Below are positions 48,996-57,492 of a stretch of DNA of 64,000 bases, piece after piece. The notes under the pieces are model-generated. The model saw only the letters and a program-made list of their open reading frames with translations, did not search any database and had not been told where the DNA came from. The DNA lies in NCBI GenBank assembly GCA_902601895.1, contig CACKOU010000005.1, positions 6,885 through 70,884 on the forward strand, given 5' to 3'. Source of the DNA: an uncultured Pelagibacteraceae bacterium (lineage in GTDB: Bacteria > Pseudomonadota > Alphaproteobacteria > Pelagibacterales > Pelagibacteraceae). Within the stretch, counting starts at the first letter, position 1. The number at the start of each line of letters is the position of its first letter. Made by a program: the position numbers and the translations under genes.

Positions 48996-49185
48996 AATGA
49001 ATTAAGAGGCAACTCTTAACTGACCATCTGGGGAAAAATCGAGAGATTCAAGCCCAGAGGGCAGAAAACCACGCAGAGTAGCGCTAAAATTGCGGGGTGG
49101 AAGGCATGGCGGTAGCGCATACAACGACGTGCCAAAAAACTACTGATCTTTGTACCTGAAAAGGTGCAGAGATACAGGGTTTTTT
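48996..49185 (+). ncRNA. Structured ncRNA, probably an IMES-type marine RNA
   Basis: GC-rich island in AT-rich DNA; five stems, three GNRA tetraloops (GCAA, GAGA, GAAA), loop-loop complementarity GCGCTA/TAGCGC, terminal hairpin followed by a T-tract. Family assignment is from recall and unverified; ends approximate. Confidence 0.8.
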
Positions 49186-49191
49186 CTTTAT

Positions 49192-49467
49192 ATGATCCTT
49201 AAAGGTACAAAATTTCAAATTAAAGTCTGGAAATACTTAAAAACAATTAAAAAAGGTAGTGTTTTAACCTATTCTGACGTCGCAAAGGGTATTAATAAAC
49301 CTCGAGCTGTTAGATCTGTAGCTAATGCTATTGGAAAAAACCCATATGCTCCTAAAATACCTTGCCATAGAGTAATCAGGTCTGATGGATCTCTAGGAGG
49401 ATATTCTGGAAAAGGTGGTATAAAAACCAAGAAAAAACTGCTCAAATCCGAAGGAATCTTGCTCTAA
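49192..49467 (+). CDS. ogt: Methylated-DNA--protein-cysteine methyltransferase (minimal MGMT)
   Basis: TYSDVA, RSVANA...NP....PCHRV, GGYSG; start ATG 49192. Confidence 0.9.
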   Translation: MILKGTKFQIKVWKYLKTIKKGSVLTYSDVAKGINKPRAVRSVANAIGKNPYAPKIPCHRVIRSDGSLGGYSGKGGIKTKKKLLKSEGILL

Positions 49468-49997
49468 AAACTAGCAATTCCAACGTTTTTTTTAAATTTA
49501 ACAACATTTAGTAATATAATTTTAAATTCCCCTATTAGTTGCAGCTTATAAATTGAAATCTCTAAATTAGCCCTATATTTGGGGCATTAAACGCTATATT
49601 CATAAATTGCATTACTTAGGTAATTATTAAGAAAATTATTATTTTTTTGTATATTTATATCAATTAATATAAAGAAACTTCCATATAAAATTAAAACTAA
49701 CTTTTATTATCAATAGATTTATTTTAAAATTTAGTCAAAATTGTTGATTTTATTGAATTATTGTCCCCTATCTCATAATCCAATTTTATTGTCTTTTTTA
49801 TAATTCAAATAACTGCATATTTATTGATTTTTTTTAATTACTTGAGGTTATTTAATTGATTATTTTATAAATTTTATTCCAAATTTTTTATATTATATAC
49901 AAATTAAAATATACTTGAGATAATATATAAAATGTAATAAATACAATAGTTTATATATTGTAATTAAAGTATTACATTAATATATAGTACATATATT

Positions 49998-50846
49998 TTA
50001 ATTATATTTCTGATAATATTCTCTTTGAAAAACATATAACCCTGATGATACAATAATGAAAAGACCGATAAAAGTATATTTATCAGGAAAATCCGAAAAC
50101 ACATAATACCCCAAAATAAGGTTAGTAATTATCTCAAAATAACCAAATGGTGCTAATTTTGAAGCATCAGTGTAACGAAGAGATAAAATAATTAATATAT
50201 GGCCTAAACAGGCAAATATACCCATTAGAGCCATCCAAGACCATTGAATTGGAGTAGGATTAATCCAAACAATAGGAACAAAAAAAGATGCGATAATGAC
50301 CCCTACTACGCCAGTAATCAGCAATGTGAGTAAAGGACTATCTGTTGAATGTAATTTTCGAGTTATTATTAGATAAAAGCCGTAAAAACAGCCTGTTCCA
50401 ACAGCTGCTATACTAGCAAGATTGATCTCTATAATTCCAGGTCTTATGACAACTAAAACACCAATAAAACCGACTAATACAGCAGTCCACCTTCTATATC
50501 CAACTTTTTCGTTAAGTAAGAATGGAGAAAGAGCAGTTGTGACCAATGGAGCAACGAACGCCAATGTTAATGCTTTTGCCATTGAGATTACAGAAATGGA
50601 GTAAAAAAAACATATATTTGCAAAAAATAAAGACAAACCTCTAATTATTTGTAATTTTATATTTTGAGAAAGCTTCAATTGTTCCCTAAAAAATAAAAAC
50701 ATAAAAAAAGTTGTGAATACAACTGTAAAAAAATATCTAGCCCAAGTTATTTGAAAGAAAGATAAATCGGATGACAAATATTTTGCAATGGCATCCATAA
50801 AGGGCAAAACCATCCATGCGGATAAATTTAAAAATATTGCTTTCAT
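49998..50846 (-). CDS. DMT/EamA family transporter
   Basis: About 10 TM segments; FVAPL, LNEKVG.RRW, VIRPG, LAPFGY. Confidence 0.9.
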   Translation of the reverse strand: MKAIFLNLSAWMVLPFMDAIAKYLSSDLSFFQITWARYFFTVVFTTFFMFLFFREQLKLSQNIKLQIIRGLSLFFANICFFYSISVISMAKALTLAFVAPLVTTALSPFLLNEKVGYRRWTAVLVGFIGVLVVIRPGIIEINLASIAAVGTGCFYGFYLIITRKLHSTDSPLLTLLITGVVGVIIASFFVPIVWINPTPIQWSWMALMGIFACLGHILIILSLRYTDASKLAPFGYFEIITNLILGYYVFSDFPDKYTFIGLFIIVSSGLYVFQREYYQKYN

Positions 50847-51746
50847 TTAAGCAAAATATTTAAGGGCAATGAATACTGTAATTGGTACTGTAACTAATGA
50901 CATTAAAGTGGATACAACAATTGTACTGGATATATTATCTACATTTTTTTTTGGTGAGTACATTGAAGCAACCAAATAACAGAGTATTGCACTAGGCATA
51001 GAAGATTGAATTAGTAAAACTCCTGCTGCAAAACCAGATAAATTAAAGAATTTTATAATAAAAAAACCTACAATTGGACCAAGAATTACTCTACCTATAG
51101 AAGTTATGATCGAGTCTCTCAAAGAAAATACTTTCATTTGAGTTAAGGCAATACCTAAAGACATTAAAATCATAACAATCATGGCATAAGATAAAAGCAT
51201 TGTTGTATTAATCACAAAAACTGGCATCTCTTTACCATAGTATAAAAAAATAACGGTCAAAATAATTGTATAGAAGGAAGGACTTTTTGCAATTATTGAA
51301 AAATCAAATTTTCGTTTTGCAAGAAATATATTTGCAGTAAAATGTAGAAGTATTACCAAAGATGATATAGCTGCAGCAACACCCATCCCTAATTTACCAT
51401 AAGCAAAAAGACATATTGGTATACCCATATTGCCTGTGTTAGGTAAAAAAAAAGTAGGTAATTCTCTTATATAATCTTTTTTCATAAGAATTAAAAAAAC
51501 AAGGCCGATTAAAGCAAATGATGAAAGTAATATTAATGCATAAACAAAATATTCTGCAAATATATTAAAAGTAACGCCAGTTGATGTAAGAGAAAAAATA
51601 ACTAAAGCTGGAGTTCCAAAATTTCCAGCATAAGATGTTATAAAAGAAGTATCGAAATTTGGATTTTTTTTGCCTAATAAAAAACCAATTCCAACAATAA
51701 AAAATACAGGGAATAGAACTTCAAAGAGCTTTAAATAAAGTTCCAT
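50847..51746 (-). CDS. AEC (auxin efflux carrier) family transporter
   Basis: PALVI, NTGNMGIP, LMSLG, SSMPSA. Confidence 0.88.
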   Translation of the reverse strand: MELYLKLFEVLFPVFFIVGIGFLLGKKNPNFDTSFITSYAGNFGTPALVIFSLTSTGVTFNIFAEYFVYALILLSSFALIGLVFLILMKKDYIRELPTFFLPNTGNMGIPICLFAYGKLGMGVAAAISSLVILLHFTANIFLAKRKFDFSIIAKSPSFYTIILTVIFLYYGKEMPVFVINTTMLLSYAMIVMILMSLGIALTQMKVFSLRDSIITSIGRVILGPIVGFFIIKFFNLSGFAAGVLLIQSSMPSAILCYLVASMYSPKKNVDNISSTIVVSTLMSLVTVPITVFIALKYFA

Positions 51747-53032
51747 TAAAAAAGTCTTAATAATATAGGGTTTTTAATAATATTTTTATTTGATTTAAAA
51801 GATTTAATGCATTTCTGATAATCCTTTTCAAAGGATTTATGGGTAATAATAACGATAGATGCAGTTTTATTTTTATTATTTGGTATTTGTATTAATCTTT
51901 GAACAGAAATTTTATGTTTTGCGAATTTTTTAGTTATATCAGATAAAACTCCTGATTTATCCTTAACTTCAAGCCTAATATATAATGCATTAGAATAGTT
52001 ATCTATATTATAAATAGATGAAGATTTCCTTTTATTGTATGAAATACCAAAAGGATATTTGATATTACCACGTAAAATTGATAGAAGATCAGACATTAAA
52101 GCAGATGATGTAGGACCAGGTCCAGCACCTTCTCCTTGTAAAACGCTCTCACCCACTGGATTGCCCTCAATTATAACAGCATTCATAACACCATTAACAT
52201 TTGCTATGTATGTATTTTTCTTAATTAAGCAGGGATGTACTCTTTCAAATAATTTATTATTTACCATTTCAGTTATACCTAATAATTTTATTTTATAATT
52301 TAACTGACTTGCTATTTCTAAATCTTTGTACTCAATATTTTCTATACCCTCCATTAAACATTTAGATTTTGAAATTTTACTATTAAAAGCAAGAGCAGAA
52401 AGAATCTTTACTTTTGACATAGCATCATGGCCATTTAAATCTAATTTTGGATTTGCTGGTTCAGCATAACCTAAATATTGAGCTTTTTTTAAAACAGTTG
52501 AGAATCCTAACTTAGTTTCTTCCATTTCAGATAATATATAATTACAGGTACCATTTAAAATTCCATATACTTTATTTATTTTATTTGTTGCCAGTCCTTC
52601 TTTAATGGTTCTTAAAATTGGAATACCACCGCCTACAGATGCTTCAAATTCAAGATTAACTTTATTTTTTTCAGCAAGTTTTGACAAATTATTTCCATGT
52701 TTAGAAATCAGAGCCTTATTAGGAGTAACAACATGTATTCTATTTTTTAAAGCAAACTCTACTACTTTTTTAGAAATACCATCAGATTGACCAATGGCCT
52801 CAATTAGAATATCAATTCTCTTTTTTTTAAAAATTTTAAATGGATCTCTATAAAAAATTTTCTTATTAATTTTAAATTTTCTTTTTTTGTTAATATTCTT
52901 TGCTGAAATAGCAACGACAGAAATAATTTTGCCTGTTTTTTTAAAAATATCTTTTTTTTTAACATTTATTTCATTATATAAATAATTTCCAATTTGTCCC
53001 AATCCTACAATAGCAATATTATAATTTCTCAT
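51746..53032 (-). CDS. hom: Homoserine dehydrogenase with ACT domain
   Basis: GLGQIG, VVTPNKA, FEASVGGGIP, GILNGTCNYIL, GAGPGPTSSA. Confidence 0.96.
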   Translation of the reverse strand: MRNYNIAIVGLGQIGNYLYNEINVKKKDIFKKTGKIISVVAISAKNINKKRKFKINKKIFYRDPFKIFKKKRIDILIEAIGQSDGISKKVVEFALKNRIHVVTPNKALISKHGNNLSKLAEKNKVNLEFEASVGGGIPILRTIKEGLATNKINKVYGILNGTCNYILSEMEETKLGFSTVLKKAQYLGYAEPANPKLDLNGHDAMSKVKILSALAFNSKISKSKCLMEGIENIEYKDLEIASQLNYKIKLLGITEMVNNKLFERVHPCLIKKNTYIANVNGVMNAVIIEGNPVGESVLQGEGAGPGPTSSALMSDLLSILRGNIKYPFGISYNKRKSSSIYNIDNYSNALYIRLEVKDKSGVLSDITKKFAKHKISVQRLIQIPNNKNKTASIVIITHKSFEKDYQKCIKSFKSNKNIIKNPILLRLF

Positions 53033-53238
53033 TTTAAATTAAGCTTAGGAAATTTACTCTGCTCACCATAAATAATTATATTTTTTTTAAACTTATCAAA
53101 AGCTAAATTCTCATCCAAATTTAAATCCTCTGAATTAGTAGCCATAATGCTGTCTTTCTTTTTCCAAAAATTAGAATTACGTTCAATAGAACAAGAATAA
53201 GTAAAAATTAAAATAATTATAAATAACAAATTATGCAT
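53029..53238 (-). CDS. Small hypothetical lipoprotein
   Basis: Hydrophobic N-terminus ending in TYSC; overlaps both neighbours. Confidence 0.6.
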   Translation of the reverse strand: MHNLLFIIILIFTYSCSIERNSNFWKKKDSIMATNSEDLNLDENLAFDKFKKNIIIYGEQSKFPKLNLK

Positions 53239-54256
53239 TTAATCCCTCATTTTCATTAAAAGAGTAATAGTTATTCATATTTTGTACTGCTTGACCACTT
53301 CCACCCTTAATCAAATTATCTATGACTGACAATATAATAATTTTATTCTTATATTTACTACCACATACAGAAATATGACATTTATTTGTATTTATTACTT
53401 CATTAGTTCCTAAAAACGTATTTGGTTTTAATATTTTAACAAAGTTACTATTTTGGTAATATTTTTTTAATAAAGAATATATTTTTTCTAGAGAATCATT
53501 TTTTTTTAAATCTAAATACATTGTGGTTAATATTCCTCTAAACATGGGTGAAAGATGAGGTGTGAATTGAAACTTTACCTTTTTACCAGTTTTTAATTTA
53601 AGTTCCTGATCTATTTCTGAGTTGTGTCTATGAAAAGCCAATCCATAAGCACTTAAAGTTTCATTTAGAAATTTATCATTATATTTTTTATGAATTTTTC
53701 TACCTGCACCAGAGTAACCAGATTTAGAATCAATTACTATATTTTTTGATTTAACAATATTTTCCTTAAGTAATGGAACCAAAGGTAATAATATTGATGT
53801 TGGATAACATCCTGGACAAGAAATAATTTTATATTTTTTAATATTTTCTATGTTTAACTCTGGTAAAGAATAAATACTTTGTTTAATTAATTCTGGTGCA
53901 TTATGTTTTGTTTTATACCATTTCAAATAATCTTTTGACGATTTAAGCCTAAAATCTGCCGCCAAATCAATTAAAATATTTTTATTTTTTAAATTCTTTG
54001 AAATTTTTTGAGCTTCACCATTAGGCAATGCCGTAAAAATTACATCAACATTTTTTAGCAAAGTTTTATTAAATTTAATAATTTTTGGAAGTTTATATTT
54101 ATTAAAATATTTATCATAAGAGCTTATTTTCTTTCCGATAGACGTGTCACCGCAAAGATATTTAATTTTAACATTTTTATGTTTAGTTAATAATTTAACT
54201 AATTGTATACCAATATAACCAGTAGCTCCAGCTACGAGTGCGTTTATCTTAGACAT
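53231..54256 (-). CDS. argC: N-acetyl-gamma-glutamyl-phosphate reductase
   Basis: GATGYIG, DLAADFRL, PGCYPT, SGYSGAG, DNLIKGGSGQAVQN. Confidence 0.97.
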   Translation of the reverse strand: MSKINALVAGATGYIGIQLVKLLTKHKNVKIKYLCGDTSIGKKISSYDKYFNKYKLPKIIKFNKTLLKNVDVIFTALPNGEAQKISKNLKNKNILIDLAADFRLKSSKDYLKWYKTKHNAPELIKQSIYSLPELNIENIKKYKIISCPGCYPTSILLPLVPLLKENIVKSKNIVIDSKSGYSGAGRKIHKKYNDKFLNETLSAYGLAFHRHNSEIDQELKLKTGKKVKFQFTPHLSPMFRGILTTMYLDLKKNDSLEKIYSLLKKYYQNSNFVKILKPNTFLGTNEVINTNKCHISVCGSKYKNKIIILSVIDNLIKGGSGQAVQNMNNYYSFNENEGLNA

Positions 54257-54289
54257 AATGCAATATAACAGTTGTTTAATAAAATAATA

Positions 54290-54721
54290 TTATCTTTTAG
54301 AAAATTGATAACTTCTTCTAGCTTTTGCACGACCTGGTTTTTTTCTTTCAACTGATCTTGGGTCTCTCGTAGTGAGTTTTTCTTTTCTGAGAGTGGGTTT
54401 CAAATTCTCATCAAATTGTAATAATGCCCTCGAAATTCCATGCACTAATGCTCCAGCTTGACCTGTTTGACCGCCCCCAACAACATTTGATCTTACATCA
54501 TATTCTGTAGCTTGATTAATAATTTCAAATGGTCTTAGTATCTGCATCTTATGCGTAGCTCTTGTAAAATAATCTTCAAAATTTTTTCCATTTACATAAA
54601 TTTTACCTGAGCCTTTTTTTACCCAAACCTTTGCGATTGAGGTTTTTCTTCTTCCTGTTGCATACTTAGCATCTTTAAAATCAAGCTTAATTTTCTTGGA
54701 TGTAGATTGATTTGTTTCCAT
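54290..54721 (-). CDS. rpsI: 30S ribosomal protein S9
   Basis: ATGRRK, GGGQTGQAGA, RDPRSVERKK, QFSKR. Confidence 0.98.
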   Translation of the reverse strand: METNQSTSKKIKLDFKDAKYATGRRKTSIAKVWVKKGSGKIYVNGKNFEDYFTRATHKMQILRPFEIINQATEYDVRSNVVGGGQTGQAGALVHGISRALLQFDENLKPTLRKEKLTTRDPRSVERKKPGRAKARRSYQFSKR

Positions 54722-54722
54722 A

Positions 54723-55181
54723 TTAATTTCTAATTACATTTTTTGAGTTAAGTTTTACAACTTCAACAACTTCAGGATTCTGAGCTGCATGGGGATGCTC
54801 TGATCCAGAATAAACTTTGAGTTTTGTTAATTGTTTTTTTGCTAAAGGTCCACCTGGAAGCATTCTTTTAACAGCCAACTTTAAGATTTCACCTGGTTTT
54901 GATTCTTGCAATATTTCAGGGGTTGTTTCTTTAATTCCACCAGGGTAACCTGTGTGTCTATAATATTTTTTATTTGAAAACTTATTCCCAGTAAATTTTA
55001 ATTGATCAACATTTTTAACAACAACAAAATCTCCACTATCCATATGAGGAGTAAATGTTGCTTTATTTTTTCCTCTGAGAATTTTTGATACAACTGTAGC
55101 TAATCTTCCTACTACTGCTCCTGTTGCGTCAATTTCAAACCATTTACTATTTACTTCATCTTTTTTAAGAAATTTAGTCAT
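54723..55181 (-). CDS. rplM: 50S ribosomal protein L13
   Basis: IDA....GRLA, FTPHMDSGD, HTGYPGG, HPHAAQ; start at MTKFL. Confidence 0.98.
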   Translation of the reverse strand: MTKFLKKDEVNSKWFEIDATGAVVGRLATVVSKILRGKNKATFTPHMDSGDFVVVKNVDQLKFTGNKFSNKKYYRHTGYPGGIKETTPEILQESKPGEILKLAVKRMLPGGPLAKKQLTKLKVYSGSEHPHAAQNPEVVEVVKLNSKNVIRN

Positions 55182-55191
55182 AATTGCGGGA

Positions 55192-55220
55192 TTAATACTT
55201 ATAAATCGATATATTGTCAA
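55192..55220 (-). promoter_or_regulatory. Putative sigma70 promoter of rplM-rpsI
   Basis: Minus strand TTGACA-N17-TATTAA, ending 10 nt before the ATG. Confidence 0.65.
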
Positions 55221-55335
55221 ACTATATACATTTAGAACTTAAGTCATTTTTGATAGTTTTAACTAATAAATAAGCTATATTTAACCAATAATTTTAGTTT
55301 ATAATAGTCTTAGAAATTTAAATAGGAGCAAAAAA

Positions 55336-56664
55336 ATGTCTGACAAAAAAGGAATGGATCCTAAAACATATAAATTCGATACCCTTAGTTTACACGCTGG
55401 TTATCAGCCTCACAAAAATGCTGGCTCTAGACAAGTGCCGATATATCAAACAACATCATATTTATTTGATGATGTGGATCATGCGGCAGCTTTATTTAAT
55501 TTAGAGAGAGGTGGACATATTTATAGTAGAATATCAAATCCGACAGTAGCAGTTTTAGAAGAAAGAGTTGCTTCATTAGAAGGTGGAACAGCTGCACTTG
55601 CTACATCATCTGGCATGAGTGCAATATTTCTCGCAGTAATGACACTCTGCGAAGCTGGAGATCATTTAGTCGTATCATCCCAGCTTTATGGTGGAACTGT
55701 AAATTTATTTAGACTTACACTTCCAAAATTTGGAATTAAAACAACTTTTGTAAAACCAAGAGATACAGAAGGATTTAAAAATGCAATTCAAAAAAATACA
55801 AAAGGTATATTTGGTGAGCTTGTAGGTAACCCAGGTAATGAAATTATGAATATGCCTGAGATAGCTAAAATAGCTCATGACGCAGGTATTCCTTTAATGG
55901 TAGATGCAACTTATCAAACGCCATATTTATGCAAACCTATAGAACATGGTGCAGATATTGTAGTTCATTCACTTACTAAATGGATGGCTGGTCATGGATC
56001 TTCAATGGCTGGCATAATTGTTGAAGGTGGTAGGTTTGACTGGATGCAAAATGATAAATTTCCAACTATGACACAACCGTATGAAGGTTATCATGGATTA
56101 TCTTTTGCTGAAGAATTTGGACCAACAGCATTTACAATGAAAGCAAGAGCAGAAGGTATGAGAGATTTTGGTCCTTGTCTAAGTCCTCAAAATGCGTGGA
56201 ATGTATTACAAGGTATTGAAACACTTTCCGTAAGAATGAAAAAACATTGTGAGAATGCTGAAAAAATGGTCGAATATTTATTGGGTCATGAAAGTGTAGC
56301 TTGGGTTTCTCACCCAAGTGTACCAGATCATCCTGATCATGATTTAGCAAACAAATTATTACCTAATGGAAAAGGATCAATGATAGCTTTTGGTATTAAA
56401 GGTGGCAAAGCTGCAGGTGAAGCATTTATTAATAACGTTAAACTTGCTTCTCATTTAGCAAATGTTGGGGATACACGTACATTGGTAATTCATCCAGCAT
56501 CAGCAACACATTCCCAAATGGATGAAGCTACATTAAAATTTGCGGGTTTATCACATGATATGATCAGATTATCAGTCGGTATTGAAGATATAGATGATAT
56601 TAAAAATGACTTTGAAAATGGATTTAGAGCTGCTAGGAAACCTAGACTCGTATCCAATCAATGA
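55336..56664 (+). CDS. metY: O-acetylhomoserine aminocarboxypropyltransferase (sulfhydrylase)
   Basis: PIYQTTSY, YSRISNPT, HSLTKW (PLP Lys), HLANVGD, HPASATH, RLSVGIE; AGGAG RBS. Confidence 0.92.
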   Translation: MSDKKGMDPKTYKFDTLSLHAGYQPHKNAGSRQVPIYQTTSYLFDDVDHAAALFNLERGGHIYSRISNPTVAVLEERVASLEGGTAALATSSGMSAIFLAVMTLCEAGDHLVVSSQLYGGTVNLFRLTLPKFGIKTTFVKPRDTEGFKNAIQKNTKGIFGELVGNPGNEIMNMPEIAKIAHDAGIPLMVDATYQTPYLCKPIEHGADIVVHSLTKWMAGHGSSMAGIIVEGGRFDWMQNDKFPTMTQPYEGYHGLSFAEEFGPTAFTMKARAEGMRDFGPCLSPQNAWNVLQGIETLSVRMKKHCENAEKMVEYLLGHESVAWVSHPSVPDHPDHDLANKLLPNGKGSMIAFGIKGGKAAGEAFINNVKLASHLANVGDTRTLVIHPASATHSQMDEATLKFAGLSHDMIRLSVGIEDIDDIKNDFENGFRAARKPRLVSNQ

Positions 56665-57473
56665 AGTTTCAGGTAAATAATAATGAGGTTTATGCTTCTA
56701 CGGGAGGTAGACCTTTCGATAAGAATAAGCCATTAATAATATTTGTGCATGGTAGTGGACTAACTCATATGACATGGGTTTTGCAAACAAGATATTTTGC
56801 ATTTCATGGTTATAGTGTTTTAGCTTTAGATATGCCAGGTCATGGATTATCAGGGGGTGAAAGTTTAAAATCAATTGAGGACATGGCTGATTGGGTAAGG
56901 GATGTTATTGATGCAGTTGGATACAAAGAAGCTTCATTAGTTGGTCATTCACAAGGATGTTTAGTTACAGTTGAGTGTACAGCAAGAAATCCTGATAAAA
57001 TAAAAACTTTAAGTTTAATGGGCGGTGCTGGTGCAATTCCAATGAACCCTGAATTATTATCTTTAGCAGAAAACAACGATCCTAAAGCGGTAGAATTAAT
57101 GATGGATTGGGCTCATGGGCCAGCTGGACACTTTGGTGGTCATCCTGTTCCAGGTTTATATCATATTAATACTGGTTCAATGTTAGCTAAAACCAGAACA
57201 ATAAAAAATACTCTCGGTGTAGATTTTAGAGCTTGTGATAATTACAAGAATGGTTTTGAGGCTGCAAAACAAATTAAGATACCTACCCTTTCTATACTAG
57301 CTACTGATGATAAAATGTGCCCAGTAAAAGAAGGTAAAAAATTAGCTAATCTAATTGAAGGAAGTCAAATAGATATAATAGATAATTGCGGACATATGAT
57401 GTTATTAGAGGAAGCAGATCGAGTATTAAATGTTTTGAAAAAGTTCATAACAACAAATTATCCAGCAAATTAG
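56661..57473 (+). CDS. Alpha/beta hydrolase
   Basis: HGSG, DMPGHG, GHSQG nucleophile elbow, DD, GH; ATGA overlap with metY. Confidence 0.9.
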   Translation: MKFQVNNNEVYASTGGRPFDKNKPLIIFVHGSGLTHMTWVLQTRYFAFHGYSVLALDMPGHGLSGGESLKSIEDMADWVRDVIDAVGYKEASLVGHSQGCLVTVECTARNPDKIKTLSLMGGAGAIPMNPELLSLAENNDPKAVELMMDWAHGPAGHFGGHPVPGLYHINTGSMLAKTRTIKNTLGVDFRACDNYKNGFEAAKQIKIPTLSILATDDKMCPVKEGKKLANLIEGSQIDIIDNCGHMMLLEEADRVLNVLKKFITTNYPAN

Positions 57474-57492
57474 TAATTGCAAATTAATATTT

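Noticed and set aside
49526-49534. ATTCCCCTA identical to tRNA-Glu 39087-39095, a possible attR of a tRNA-Glu island
   Set aside because: Only 9 bp and it does not extend to the tRNA 3' end; compatible with chance
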